Positions 1 through 13,025 of a DNA stretch of 64,000 nt are shown here, one piece after another. This DNA comes from Octopus vulgaris. Its lineage: Eukaryota. The DNA is taken from contig OX597814.1 of the NCBI GenBank assembly GCA_951406725.2, forward strand, positions 43,462,001-43,526,000. The letters run 5' to 3'. The notes under the pieces were generated by a model. The model made no database searches and had not been told where the DNA came from. It saw only the letters and a program-made list of their open reading frames with translations. The position numbers and the translations under genes are program-made. Numbering within the stretch: position 1 is the first letter of the stretch; each line of letters starts with the position of its first letter.

Positions 1-699
1 ATCTCGTCCTCCTCCGAATTTTAGTTCATGCAAGTGAAAAAAATAAATGCAGTATTTATGGGATGACCCAATATATCGAGGACGAGAGTTACCTAATGGA
101 CAGATTCAATGGCAGCGCAGTATTGGTACGAAAATTACTAGTGTTGTACGGATAGAATACGTAACTGATATCACCTGTAATTTACTCGTAAATGCTTATG
201 TCATATCTTGTAAGACGGGATATTATATCCCATTCTCATGTACTGCAAAATATCTGAGTTACAACGCTATACCTTACTTTCCGTAATTATTGCTACAAGT
301 AGACAGGAAATATTTCTAATGAAAGGTTTTAATGCAGCATATCCTCTCTTTGCTCCTTCCCAGTAAATACCAGCACGGTTTCTATTCAGCAACATCTATA
401 GCACTTGCGCGCTCATCACATCACTTTTGATGAACGACGAAACCTCTAGTTTTGAACATGGTATCAGTAAAACTTTTAACCTTGTTGTAATTTAGAACCT
501 GCTAGATCAGGTTCTCACATGTGCATTCTGCTTCTCATGCCTTTATGTGCCTAATTATTGATTGTGAAACGCAATATAAGGGCACTTGGTAACTGACATC
601 ATATCAGTTCTAGTGCTCAAAGATTTCTTCTATACAGGAGCACACACTTTTCTATCTATTATTTATAATGACACGACTTCACGAGCTTCACTTTCCAAT

Positions 700-1500
700 T
701 GAGATGCTCCATGCATATTAAACATTTGCAGTCATGCAAACTTTCCTAATTTTATAATAATAGACGACATGTAAATGAATAACATAAGTCATGGTTTGGC
801 TTAAAGAAAAGAAATCCTTGTAACCATACCCTGCTGATGGCAGTATGCCTTCTTTACCATCACAATAGTAGACTAGTTACATATTGATATATGGCCAACA
901 TCATTATACTTCTGTTTTATTGCTGGCAAATAACTTGTGAAATGTCACAACTTTTATGAACTTTACAAACGTTAGACTTCAACTTCATTAATGATTTCAT
1001 ACTGCGGTTAAATATATTATTAATAAGTAGTTTGAATATTCAGAGTTAGAAATCCATTTTATTTCCCATCAGATTCTTTAGTATACAGTGCAGAAAACGA
1101 TTTTGTTATGGTTTCTCGTATGTTGTGGGTAGATTAGAAATCTAGTATTTCTCACTTCTCCCCTTTCGTACCTATGAAAGAAAAGCATTGTGAACTTTCA
1201 AATGCCGTAACAAACTACGTTCCTCATTCCGCAACAATTTTCTTTCACTTTCTTATCATTTTAATTCATACATGCTAATACGAAGCTTTGTGATGTAAGT
1301 GTTTATTTGATCCCATATCTGAGATGAAGCATAAGATTTAAACACATTAATTCCAGACTGCTTCTTATGTGATGAGAAGAATTGAGCTTTACTGAATAGA
1401 AATAATAAGCCTTTTCTATGGAATCCATGAATACTAATATTAAATGAAATTTCTTCAAGTCCTTTTAACTATTAATCGGAATAATTCTGAATATTTACAG
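700..1500 (-). mobile_element. Possible ancient hAT-type (ZMYM/DUF4371-like) transposase remnant
   Basis: Broken minus-strand frames give YASSQIWDQI (cf. YxSxxIQNE) and CDG...QQGMVTRIS...IHLH (cf. DGAxxMxG...IHCxxH); many stops and frameshifts. Confidence 0.3.
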
Positions 1501-2409
1501 ATGAATAATTAAGCTTCACTTGGAGTGGGTTTAAAAACAACATTTGCATTGATTATAAGTGAAGATTTCATATACTAATGATGTTTATCAAACATTAGGA
1601 AATTTAAGTTTTTGGAATGATATCTGAAACAAAATTTTATAAAATGAAATGTTGGATTCCACTTGATGTCTCATATCCATGGCAATAGATTTATCTATTA
1701 TAACCAAAAAATGTATTACACAATAATGAACGAATATTTTGTATTAACTTTGGATAATTTATCTGAAAATTACACTCTTGTGCAAAAATTTCGGTTTTTT
1801 GCTTTAGGTAAATTTTGTCCTTTCAAACTGAGATGTTCCATGCGTATCATACTTTTACAAGCATGCAAACGTTTCTAATTTCCTAATAACAAACACGCCA
1901 CGAATCTATGTAACGTTACTGAAGGCAGCCTAATTAAATATTTCCTAAACAAGCCTCCAACAAACTATTTACTGTCACTGATAAATGCGTTTAATTAAAC
2001 ATTGTTCCTCTACGTTTCAAAAAGACTCACAAATGCTAAAAGTTTATAGCCTGCTCAAGTTGTGTTGTGTGCAGGATAAATCAATAATGCAGCCACAACA
2101 TTTTTTAGCGTAGACTTGAACTACCAAGATCTTATATAGTTGAAAAGTAGGTAGAATGGCCTTTCCGAATTACAAGTGTTATTTGCTAAAGTATTTGTTT
2201 AATTAATGATCAGCTGCGGATGGATGCACTTTTACTGCAAGCAATGTTCTATGCCCATTATTGCTGACGACACTATTGTTCAGATTGCTGGCTTGTTGTT
2301 TTTAATTATCATTGTATTTAATCATAATCTCATTAATTATTTAATTATCTAGCTTCCTTTAAGAAACTTTTATTTGCATTATACCAGAAGTGGTAACCAT
2401 AAACTATTG

Positions 2410-2495
2410 TGACATATATATATATATTTGTATTTGTGTGCGTGTATATACCAATACATGTACACATTCACACACACACACTCACACACACGTAG

Positions 2496-2574
<79 letters not shown>
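2410..2574. repeat. Compound (CA)n/(TACA)n/(TA)n microsatellite
   Basis: Directly visible simple repeats. Confidence 0.95.
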
Positions 2575-2576
<2 letters not shown>

Positions 2577-2689
2577 TTACGTAGGTAACTTAAAATTGCA
2601 TGATGGATTGCCGTCATTTCATTCTTTCTTTCTTACCTGTCTGTGTTTGCCTTTTAAGTGCTGTGTTTTTACTGAGATCCCCCTTTTAG

Positions 2690-2878
2690 TAGAAAGAATA
2701 GCTATATCTCTTTGACTGCTATTTCTAAATTCGGTGTGTTGGTGAGGCAATTCGTTGCTAAACCCTTAATTACTTAGTATTACTTAAAATTTCCTCGAAT
2801 GGGGCTTTTACATACCGAAATCTACTTGGTGTAATTGATAATTATCCCTAATTAATTAATTTCACCCTTTTATTATTA

Positions 2879-2881
<3 letters not shown>
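2690..2881 (+). mobile_element. Short repeat, putative PLE 3' tail; same family as 28404-28620 and 31087-31410
   Basis: Shares ctgctatttcta, ttttacatac..aa...tacttggtg.aatt and taatt...cccttttat motifs with those copies; ends in (TA)n. Confidence 0.55.
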
Positions 2882-2928
<47 letters not shown>

Positions 2929-2932
<4 letters not shown>

Positions 2933-3025
2933 GACTATACAAAAAAAAACAAAAGATAAAGACAGGTGTGTAAACAACAAACAGATGTATTAGTTTAACG
3001 CCCGGGAAGTGAGAAAGTCTTTTAC
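2929..3025 (-). mobile_element. PLE pLTR 3'-tail fragment (family also at 43530-43720 and 50975-51070)
   Basis: acaggtgtgtaaacaacaaacagatgtattagtttaacgcccgggaagtgagaaagtc closely matches 43560-43620 and the reverse complement of 50978-51050; abuts (TA)n. Confidence 0.7.
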
Positions 3026-3074
3026 ATACATTCATATATGTATATATATACACATATATCTATCTATCTACCTA

Positions 3075-3112
<38 letters not shown>

Positions 3113-5049
3113 AACACACACACACACACGTATATATGTGTGTGTTTATACACACGTATATATATATAACAGTATCTTTCCAAAGTATAAAACAATCATC
3201 CAAATCTCTTTTCCCGTTTTTAAATAGGAATGGAATGAGGTGTCATATTGCTGTGATAGTTGGCACATTTTCAGTTGTAATTAGCCCATTACAAGCTACG
3301 CAATCACTGAGGAAGCCCGAGTTCCCATTGAAATTCCACACGTTTCTCGATAGTAAACTCTACGAACATGAAGCTATATCGAATATAATTTCCCCTCTAC
3401 CAAAACCGCATGAAGTATAGACAGTATAACCACCCTCAGATTAACCACAATCTAGTTCAGTACATAGTCACCCCATAACAAATATATTACCACAGGCGTC
3501 CCTTACACCCAATTCCTCCACACTAAACCAAATACAATACAGACTTCCCACAACAATCCACTTAATACAAACATTTTTTTAGACCTAATTCAGAGAAAGA
3601 GAGACACAAAATGGAACAAAACATACATGAAAAATCCGAAAGTAATCAACGTATCAAAGAAAATCCTGTCTAGTACATAAACTAATAATTTAACAAAATG
3701 TCTAAAAGTTTACACCAAAACCCTGTAGAGCTAACCAGAATGAAATCAAGAGCAACATTATGGACTTTTGCCGAAAATTATATCTCAGAGAAGCACTTCA
3801 TAACTACGACGAATATGACTCAATACTGAAAACATAAACGAATACTTTCCAACCAAATGTAGAAATAAAGCAGTGTAACACATTACCAATTTTCCATTCA
3901 ATTCCCTACTCATACAAAGAATTAAATCCAGCCTCAACGCAAATGATTGGAAAAACGTAATCGAGTTACAAAAAGATATAATCCTGAAGATTAAAGAATC
4001 CGATAATGGAAGTGTTGGACACAGGGTACTAAAAAAAATTAATACTCTCCATTCTGGAAAACAATGCCTACTTTGAGACGGTAGAGAGCTATAACCCGCT
4101 AAACATGCTAAAAAGGTAGTCCTCGATAAGTCAAATACATGAAAATGTCCTCAATCAAAAAGTTGTCGAATATCTTTCCAATTTTAAATGCAAACCAAAT
4201 CTCTTCTACGGCTTACCCAAAATACATAAAAGTGCAAAGATTAGTAAAGCTTGCAAGGAATCACCAAGCCTATACATTAATGTTCTTACCCCCACTGACC
4301 TTGAAATGAGATCCATTATTGACGCCTCAACTTGCGAATTTCATTGCTTGAGCAATTTCTTCGACATCCCATTTTTTAAATATGTGAAGAGTTTCATCAG
4401 AGGTGATCTAGACGTGCTTAACCACCTCGCGAAAACAATATATGAAGGGACATTATTAGTATCATTAGATGTGGTTAACTTCTACACCAATATTCCACAT
4501 GATTAGGGTTTATAAGCGTTCAACTTCTGGCTTGAAAAATATCCGGAAGATATCCCAGGACGTATCAGTCACAACTTCATAATAACAGCATTCAAATGTA
4601 TCCTCGAGAACAACTATTTCATGTTCTATACAGTTTAATATCGATAATCGTGTGGAATCGCAATGGGAACTGGAGGTGCCCCAGTAATTGTGAATTTTGT
4701 AATGGGCAATTTGAAATTTAAAATATACCCCGTATCACAACAAAAATGCACCTCATTTCATTGCTATTTAAAGGAGGACTAGACAAACGGTACTTCGATG
4801 ATTATTTTATACTTTGGAACGATAGTATGGACAATATCCTCCATTTCAAACCAATGTCCAAATATATCAATGGCAACATAAAATTCACCATGGAACACAG
4901 CAATGAACAACTAACTTTCCTTGACATCCTAATTAAAATAGTCAATAAACTCATTGAAACGGACATCGTTTATAAACCCAGACTCAAAATGATAACTATT
5001 ATTCAAATAATGCCACCCATAAGAAATAAAAATATACATATATTAGAAT

Positions 5050-6147
5050 GTTTATATATTTGTTGTGCAAGATTTTTTTATGTGAAAACGTGTGTTGAAA
5101 CAGATATTGTTATATTTCGGAATGGTCTTAGTAGTTTCTGCCCCAGTAGATGTTTAAGAGGTAGACCACCCACAATAATCGGTAGAACCTATCCTTTTAG
5201 TAGAACCCCCTGTACGGATAAGTACTGTACTGTATGTAGATTTAACCCACAAACAAACTGTAAAGCCAGAAATGTAGTCTATAGTATAAGATGCAGTAAC
5301 AAGACAACGACATACGTAGGGGAAACGGCATAGGAGAGCGGGTAAATGAACATTGGAGAGAACTCAAGGAAGGTAAAAGCTCATCGATTCTATACCAACA
5401 CGCCGAACAGGAACACGGGGGACCAATCAACAACATAGAAATTAAAATATTGTCCAGACATAGAACAGATGCAACAATCAGACAAATTACAGAAGCTACA
5501 CACATAATAGAAAATAAACCTAGTCTGAATAGGAAATTAGAATGGAACACTAGCACACACCACAACATATGACGGTAGAGGATACCAATAAACTGGTTAC
5601 AATATAAACAGCACCGAAAACATAATAAATAAAATACACAGATAAATAAACAAATAGAAATAAATAACTATATAACATTTTTTTCAATATGAAATTTTTT
5701 TTTATTTATTATTATTATTACTAGTATTGTTGTTATACATACATACATACATACAAGCATATGTAATGATAATAATAAGTGGATGTAAACACATGAACAA
5801 AATAAGAATAAACAAAAACAACAACAGCAAAAACAAATTAAATGAACGTATATAAACAGAAGATACAAATATTACAGGCATCCCCCACCACACACTAAAT
5901 AAACATAAACGCACATAGAGATATAAGCATGCGCAAATGAAGACATACAATAGAAATACAAAATGGCTGACGGTTAGTAAGGAGAGACACAAATAAGAAA
6001 GAAGAAAACAAAGGACCACTGATGCGGTCACAGGAGTGTGACGAAAGAACTCTGGCCGAAATAAGATTAAGATTAATGTAAAAAATAAATAACACTGAAG
6101 CAAAATAACAGCAAATTACACCAAATAACACCATTCCGAAATATAAC
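5050..6147 (+). mobile_element. Nested 5'-truncated PLE (GIY-YIG C-terminal part + 3' tail) with target-site duplication
   Basis: CTDKYCTVC...NVVYSIRC...YVGET...ERVNEH...LYQHAEQEH...PSLNRK; flanking repeats aatatacatatattagaat (5031-5049) / aatatacatatattataat (6148-6166); 23-bp inverted repeat 5104-5126 / 6130-6152. Confidence 0.85.
6013..6057 (+). ncRNA. Type I minimal hammerhead ribozyme motif (A9C variant)
   Basis: ggacca-CTGATGC-g-GTCAC(aggagt)GTGAC-GAAA-g aa c-TC-tggcc: stems I, II and III pair; predicted cleavage after CUC. Confidence 0.65.
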
Positions 6148-7089
6148 AATATACATATATTATAATATAGCAAAAAGAATCTGTACCATAGCTTTTGATA
6201 CCAATACCCGTGAACTGAGACTCCGTGAACTTAAATCAACACTAATCGGGAGACATTACGCCATATCATTCATAGATGATGGGATCAAACGACCACAGAA
6301 AATATACATGCATCATTAAGGAAAGTCTACCGAAATGTCACACCAGATTTTAAAGTACTTTCCTACGTCTCCACACACAACTCAAGACACAATGAGGCAT
6401 TCATCATCATCATCCACAATCTACCCGTTCTCACTAGAGATAAAACAATGAACGAAATTTTGGGCTCATACAAATTTATCAAAAGCAAAATACAACCGAA
6501 ATCATTGAAAATAATATTGCCCAAACGATATATAGATTTGTATAAAACTATATCTCTTAACAACGGAACTAAAAAGTGGAAAAATGCGAGCGTCCCAACA
6601 GTTGCACATGTCCCCACCTTTTGGATGGTTTAGAATTACACTTCAAACAAGGTAAACTATTTAAGATAAAATCAAACTTCACTTGTGCCTCTGAAAATTT
6701 AATCTACCTTATTACCTTGTTAGGTTGCGGGTAGTGAACACATAGATAGATGTGCTAGGGAACTCAAACCAATATTTTAAAACTTTCCTTTATATCAATG
6801 TTCCCAGGATACCTCAGTGCAGTAAAGATTAAATAAAGAGGCAACGTTTATTGATAAATATCAAACGTAGCTTAATATGAACATACAACTCAATACAGGA
6901 CACTACTAACTCTACTAATATCAATAATCCCACAAATCCTCATATATCTCAAATACTACTTTAAATTCCAGTAATCGTATCCACATTAATTACATCCCTT
7001 TCAGAACTGTTTACTTCACTTACATTCAATTTTTTTCACTTATGTATATGATTATTCCCGACAACGCTTGCCAACCGATGTTGATTCAC

Positions 7090-7124
7090 AGTCAGTGACC
7101 ACCTATAGCGAAACCGGTATGACT
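7090..7124 (+). ncRNA. Decayed hammerhead ribozyme in the 3' tail of the host PLE
   Basis: agtca-GTGACCA-cctatagc-GAAA-CCGG-TA-tgact: perfect 5-bp stem I and palindromic CCGG loop, but the core is mutated from CUGANGA. Confidence 0.5.
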
Positions 7125-7134
7125 TAGAGGTATG

Positions 7135-7470
7135 TGGTTTTATACTCCCTATGCATGGTCTTACCACCTCTTGTATTTTCACCTTAGATCCATCATGGCG
7201 TCTAATGTGGCTTTTTAAACCAGCCAATATATTAAAAAGACACCCACATATATTGCATATCCCAATTGGACCACCAGGAGCTGCAATTAATTTCTGACCT
7301 ACATGGATCTTAAAATGTCTTTTGAAGCCTCCGTTAGATGTGCAGACCTTATTGTGTACACGACATTGAAACGTGTGCCCAGATATATAGGAAAAGTCTT
7401 TGGTGGAGATTTGATTTTCATAGGTCCGCAGTTGTTTAATCTCTGCGCCCTGTTTGGGTCAGCATCCTCT
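7135..7470 (-). mobile_element. LINE C-terminal fragment with two C2H2-type zinc fingers (RTE-like)
   Basis: Translates FQCRVHNKVCTSNGGFKRHFKIH and CNICGCLFNILAGLKSHIRRH, matching the CxxC...GLxSHxRxH C-terminus of RTE-group LINE ORFs; no TGEKP linkers. Confidence 0.55.
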
Positions 7471-9242
7471 TTCATTCATTAAGAAACAACTAAATAAAGC
7501 ATCTGTATGCTTGAATGGAGTAATAGATATATTATCCACCGGAAGGTTTTGTGATACGTATTTAACTCCTGATTCTCACCGCTAGAGTATCCTTCTTGCC
7601 TCTAAACGTTTATGAGATAATGGGAAGTTTCTCTAGACAAATATCTAAAGATTTGAACTTGAATAACTAGTGCACAAAGACTTCGTATTACATTCTATAA
7701 GTCAGAATGTAATCACAATAAACAAACTTCATATATCGGTAAATGTTTGTGATCATTATATCTTAACGATGATGTTTTCTCTGTAACAGAAAAAGAGAAA
7801 GGAGTGAAAACGAGGAACCCGTATAAATATATCAGCGTGATCATTCTGTAGCTTCTTACAACCAATTACCTCGAAAAATTATATAGGTTTATTTATATAA
7901 TTGTTTATATACTATATATAAGATTACTAAACGTATTGCGGCATTTATCTATCTTTATAATTGTTCCTGCAAGCTGTTAAAGTATCAGAATCTTGCTGTT
8001 ATCTGAATTATACACATAACAAGAAAATACGATGTTCAACATATTTTGAATATAATATTCAATATTTATATGTAAATTTTAAACATTTACTCGGGTTAGA
8101 AAAGAACTGTTGGTATTAATTGTCCACTATTTAACATAACATATTAACGTATTATAATTGTTCGTGTAAAGTAGACAATTGACGAGTCACATGAAGAATT
8201 ACGAGACAGAAATATATTCAATGGGCTGAAAGTAGTTCATTTTAATTCATTATAATATATTAGGCAATGTAATGTTCTGTTTACCTACAGATACACAGCT
8301 AAAGCAGCCTTTTCGTTTCAAACTCTTAGTTGCAGCTCAATATTATTTCATGATCGTTCATTCATTAGTAATATCGGAACAAAGGTGGAGGATGTCCTAG
8401 TAAGTTCGAAATTCCTTCGGTTTATTGATCAAAATTAGGGAAAGTATACATATCTGTATGTGTGTGTTTATATGTATACTTCTATATGGGACCTTAATAA
8501 AAAAAATTATATTTCATTTTCTTTCCTTTTGTTTTCATTGTTTGAATTCTCCTACTCTATACACCTTGACATTTGAGCGCGCCGGTACACTCATATGCAT
8601 ATCGTTGCTATTATGTCAAACTGTCAGATGTCTAAATTTGGCCAAATGCGTTTTTGTCAATATTTATTTTTGCTAGCAATAGCCGGTTCGTCAGGTCAAT
8701 CTATCGTATCTTCAGCTGCTTTAGATGCCAAGATATCAAAAATTGTCAAAGTATAGTACAACGGTTTTGCTATGGAATGGTGAAACTACTTTTTCGTTTT
8801 CTGAAAAAGCAGCGTTTTGGAAATACGACACTTTTGCATAATAGGAAAAGTATGAGTATGCGCGGAAAATACTTGTACACGTCACTGAGAGCAGCAAATA
8901 CAAATCCAATTTATTTCAAACAAGATTCTGTCTTTATTCGCGATTTTGTGTCCAGTGACTCTGCACAGGTTTTATGACGACAGCTGAATTTATTACAGCA
9001 TATGGCCTCTTAAAATATTTTGGCTGAGTCAAAATTGGGGAAGATATATTATTACTAGTCATTTCTGCGTGTCAGTAGTATGACCAATTTCATTGATTTT
9101 GAAAATGTGACATACTACTTGGTTACACACCTACATATCGACTCCTATTTTGGAGAATGTTGTATTTCCTTATGAAACTCATCTTTAAAAAGTACTTCTG
9201 CTGGTTATGGATTGAATAATGATGAATAAATACACAGAGAAA

Positions 9243-9372
9243 TAGATACATAGATAGATAGATAGATAGATACATACATACATACATACATACATACATA
9301 CATACATACATACATACATACATACATACATACATACATACATACATACATGCATACATACATGCATGCATG
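9243..9372. repeat. (GATA)n-(TACA)n microsatellite
   Basis: Directly visible. Confidence 0.95.
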
Positions 9373-9374
9373 AA

Positions 9375-9561
9375 TACACACAAAATTCTTTAGTAATTTA
9401 GACATGTTGATAATGACTTCGAAGTTTCGGCCAGCTAAGCAATTATAAACTCATTTTTGTTTAATCTTGCCTGCATATAGTGTCTGTTGAGCTGATATCA
9501 TAGGTGGCCGAATCTTCGAGATCACTGCTAACACTATTGTTAAAGGATCATGAATTTGTAT
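9375..9561. repeat. Old imperfect palindrome containing HHR 3' halves
   Basis: Minus strand of left arm reads tagctggcc-GAAAC-TTCGAA-GTC; right arm reads taggtggcc-GAATC-TTCGAG-ATC. Confidence 0.55.
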
Positions 9562-10206
9562 TCTGAAAAATTATGGGAAATGAAGTAATCTTTCAGTTTA
9601 GTGTAAAGCTTTTTACTATGAGTGAAAATAAAAATAAATATACATATCTATATATATATATAAATATATAGGGAATATTAATAATAAATTTACAGAATAA
9701 ATCCAAATTTACAGGGAAAATAACACGGAGGAGGAACAAAACCAGGAGACACAGATACTCAGCTAAGGAATATTCCTTACTTAGTAATATATGTTTTGTT
9801 TGGGTTTCGTTTATCATGCTTGTTTTATTAAAGAATATTTTAGTAAATTCCTTCTATTTACGATGATAAAATATTATCTATATATGCACATATATCCATG
9901 TATGTATATAAACATATCTGAATACATACACAAACTCACACATACATATATATATCTATACATACACATAAACATATAGACAAAGATAAATTTATAATGT
10001 AGCCGTATACTTCTACACATTACTTATTCATACTCCCACACACACACATACAATCACTCATTCATAAAACATATTCTCTCAGCATGATAATAACACAGAG
10101 GAAATATAACATCCAGTAGCAGCAGATACTGAACCACAACTTATAGAAATATTTCATTCTTAGTAAAATATTATTAAATGCTATATACTATATATTTGTA
10201 ATAACC

Positions 10207-10445
<239 letters not shown>

Positions 10446-10510
10446 GGGTATACAGATCGTTAGATTTGCACGTGCTTCTAGCGGTATGTACATCTTGGAT
10501 TACAAAGGCT

Positions 10511-10585
10511 TCCTGCTGATGATTCTGGCCTTGGCAGATACATTCTATTCATTTGCTAGAAAAAAGATGAAACCGCGGTACAGGA
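10511..10585 (+). ncRNA. Type I hammerhead ribozyme with intact core, in a ~250-bp (TA)n-flanked unit (10446-10696)
   Basis: tcctg-CTGATGA-[long stem II]-GAAA-C-CGCG-G-TA-cagga: perfect 5-bp stem I, palindromic CGCG loop, GUA cleavage triplet. Confidence 0.8.
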
Positions 10586-10690
10586 TTAGCTGAGTTGGTA
10601 AACGTTTTTGATTTTTATTCCATTTCATGAATTTATCCCCTTTTTGTGTATCTAGCACTCGCTTCTTTATTTGGAAGCCTTTTAATGTAT

Positions 10691-10743
<53 letters not shown>

Positions 10744-11436
10744 TACTTTTATCTGTATTTATTTCAGGATCCTCTTGGCTTAATGGCCCAGAGCGCTTAA
10801 TCGAGGTTGGTGAGTTGCACGGTTCACTTTCCAGAAGAGATTTGCTGGCCACTGTTTTCCGTTTTCTGAAGGGTATCTACCCGGGTTTGTAAATTGTCTT
10901 TATTCTCTGAAGTATACTGACAGTTTCGCTGCTTATAAATTTGTTTACAAAATTATCTTGTGTGTGTGTGTACCTGTGTGTGCGCGCGAGTGGTTGCGTG
11001 TTTAAGTTTAAATGATTCCTGAAAATGCAATGCTTGGACATATAATGAGAGTTTCATCCGTTACTCGTTGAATGTTTGCAGCTATATAACGCACACTTTC
11101 ATCCAGGCATCGTGACCGATATGGATGAAACCAAGGCTTTTGTTACAAGTGTTATCCCACAGAACCATCGATCATTTCTCTTTATCCAGGTCCATTTTCA
11201 CATCTGCAATATTTTGTATTAAAGACAATGAGTCCAACGAAAATTTGTTCGACTTGTACACCGTACATCAGAGGCACACACACACACAAACACACACGCA
11301 CACACACAAACGCACACACAAGCATTCACATGGATGAATAGATACATACATACATACATACATACATACATACATACATACATACACACACACATACATA
11401 CATACATACATCATATATATATATATATATATATAA

Positions 11437-11466
<30 letters not shown>

Positions 11467-11476
<10 letters not shown>

Positions 11477-11810
11477 AATAGTAAAAAGTGAAAGAACTAC
11501 AGAAGGCTTAAAGGTTAAAAAATATATATATTTGCGTCAATATGTCTGAAGAATATTAAATTTTTTTTTCCTTACAATGACATAATTTAGAAGAAAGACC
11601 GGTTTCGCGTTTAGCTTTTCAAATTTCTTGCGACGTTATGGTCTTTCTTCTAAATTATGTCATTGTAAGGAAAACTTTTTTTTTAATATTCTTCAGACAT
11701 ATTGACGCAAATATATATATTTTTTAACCTTTAAGCCTTCTGTAGTTTTTTCACTTTTTACTATTTTCTATATATTCAACCACGTGCTTTCACAAACCAA
11801 CTTTCTTATG
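11467..11810. mobile_element. Near-perfect palindrome (~135-bp arms, 39-bp spacer) inserted in (TA)n; PLE-tail derivative
   Basis: 11467-11600 is the reverse complement of 11640-11775 with few differences; minus strand at the inner edge reads cgcGAAACCGGTC (HHR 3' half). Confidence 0.8.
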
Positions 11811-12826
11811 TATATATATATATATAGATATTAAATTGCAGTTGATACTTTAGTTTATTTCTTTTATTCAGAAATTGTACATGCGCGTATGTGCGTGTGT
11901 GTGTGTGTGGGTGTAAATGAATTAAGCTCACAAAAGGAAATATAATAATATGTTACTCTATAGCAGATAAAACTGAAGAAATAAAATAATGAGAATTTTA
12001 TTTTACTATGTTTTCTCCTTAGACTAATTCCGGAAGAGGAATGTCAGTAAACCATAGCTTAATGTGTGATAATTTCAATGCGGATAAGATAAATATTATG
12101 TTTTATGTAACTCATAACTCAGACGGTTTACCCTGGCCGCTTTGGTTGGTTTTCATTAAAGCTCTATTCCATCATTTTATATCACGTCAATCAAAATTGA
12201 TTGCATAGTCAGAATAGTCTAACAATAACTATCACATATGATCAAAAATATATAGTACGATATTATGGAAAGCATCGTTCTATTTATTTGTAGTTGTTTT
12301 TTTCTAAACAATGCAGCCTGTTCTTTGATGGCTATTTTGTCGACATTTCCAGTAAGTTTAGAGGCGAAGAATAACAGGGGATATTTAACCAAAAATTTAC
12401 TTCCATTAACAAGCACGACTGTGCATAACATACGATGGAATCATCACAATGAGTTTTGTATTATATGAGACAATCAAAATTTCGAGTCACAATTCTAAAC
12501 GAAGAATACTCAGTAGTATTTTCTGTCATTACGGTGAAATGTTTTTAGGCTTCAATATTGATGTTTTTAAACAGGAAAGATACGAAAGAAGGATGTTGTT
12601 CTCTCCAATTTGTTACAGTATTCTTCCACCTCCTTACACGAATAGAAGCAAATCTCAGGCGGCACAGAGAGAACATCAATATCTGTGCATGAAAATATTA
12701 ATAAAAATCAAGATTTAAAAGTTAAATATACAACGTACTCTAACCATGTGTTGTAACCTCTTTTCTGTTTTCGAAAGTTGATAAAAGTATGTGTATAAAG
12801 GACCACATATACATGTATATGTATGC

Positions 12827-12886
<60 letters not shown>

Positions 12887-13025
12887 TACGGAGATGTACT
12901 TTCATAGCAAGTGACCTGATCTGAGATCGTGTGCTGGAACGAAAACAATTGCAACGTGGAATATGTTTATAAGTCATTTAAGAAACAAACAAAAACCGTT
13001 AGATTCACTTCAATATTTAAAATAT

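Larger units (their letters stand above)
3600..7130 (+). mobile_element. Degenerate near-full-length Penelope-like retroelement (RT + GIY-YIG), interrupted by a nested insertion
   Basis: Ordered PLE motifs in broken frames: VINVSKKIL..FTPK, IKESDNGS (cf. IKxADKG), FYGLPKIHK, LVSLDVVNFYTNIPH, GIAMGT..AP, RYFDDYFILW, LTFLDILI, CHP..IAKRICTI, NLIYLIT; degenerate HHR at 7090-7124. Confidence 0.9.

Noticed and set aside
425-455. HHR-like tTGATGAacgacGAAAc
   Set aside because: No stem II or stem I pairing; likely a chance match.
10905-10935. HHR 3' half gcagcGAAACTGTCAGTA on the minus strand
   Set aside because: No 5' core or stem I found, so it was not counted as a ribozyme.
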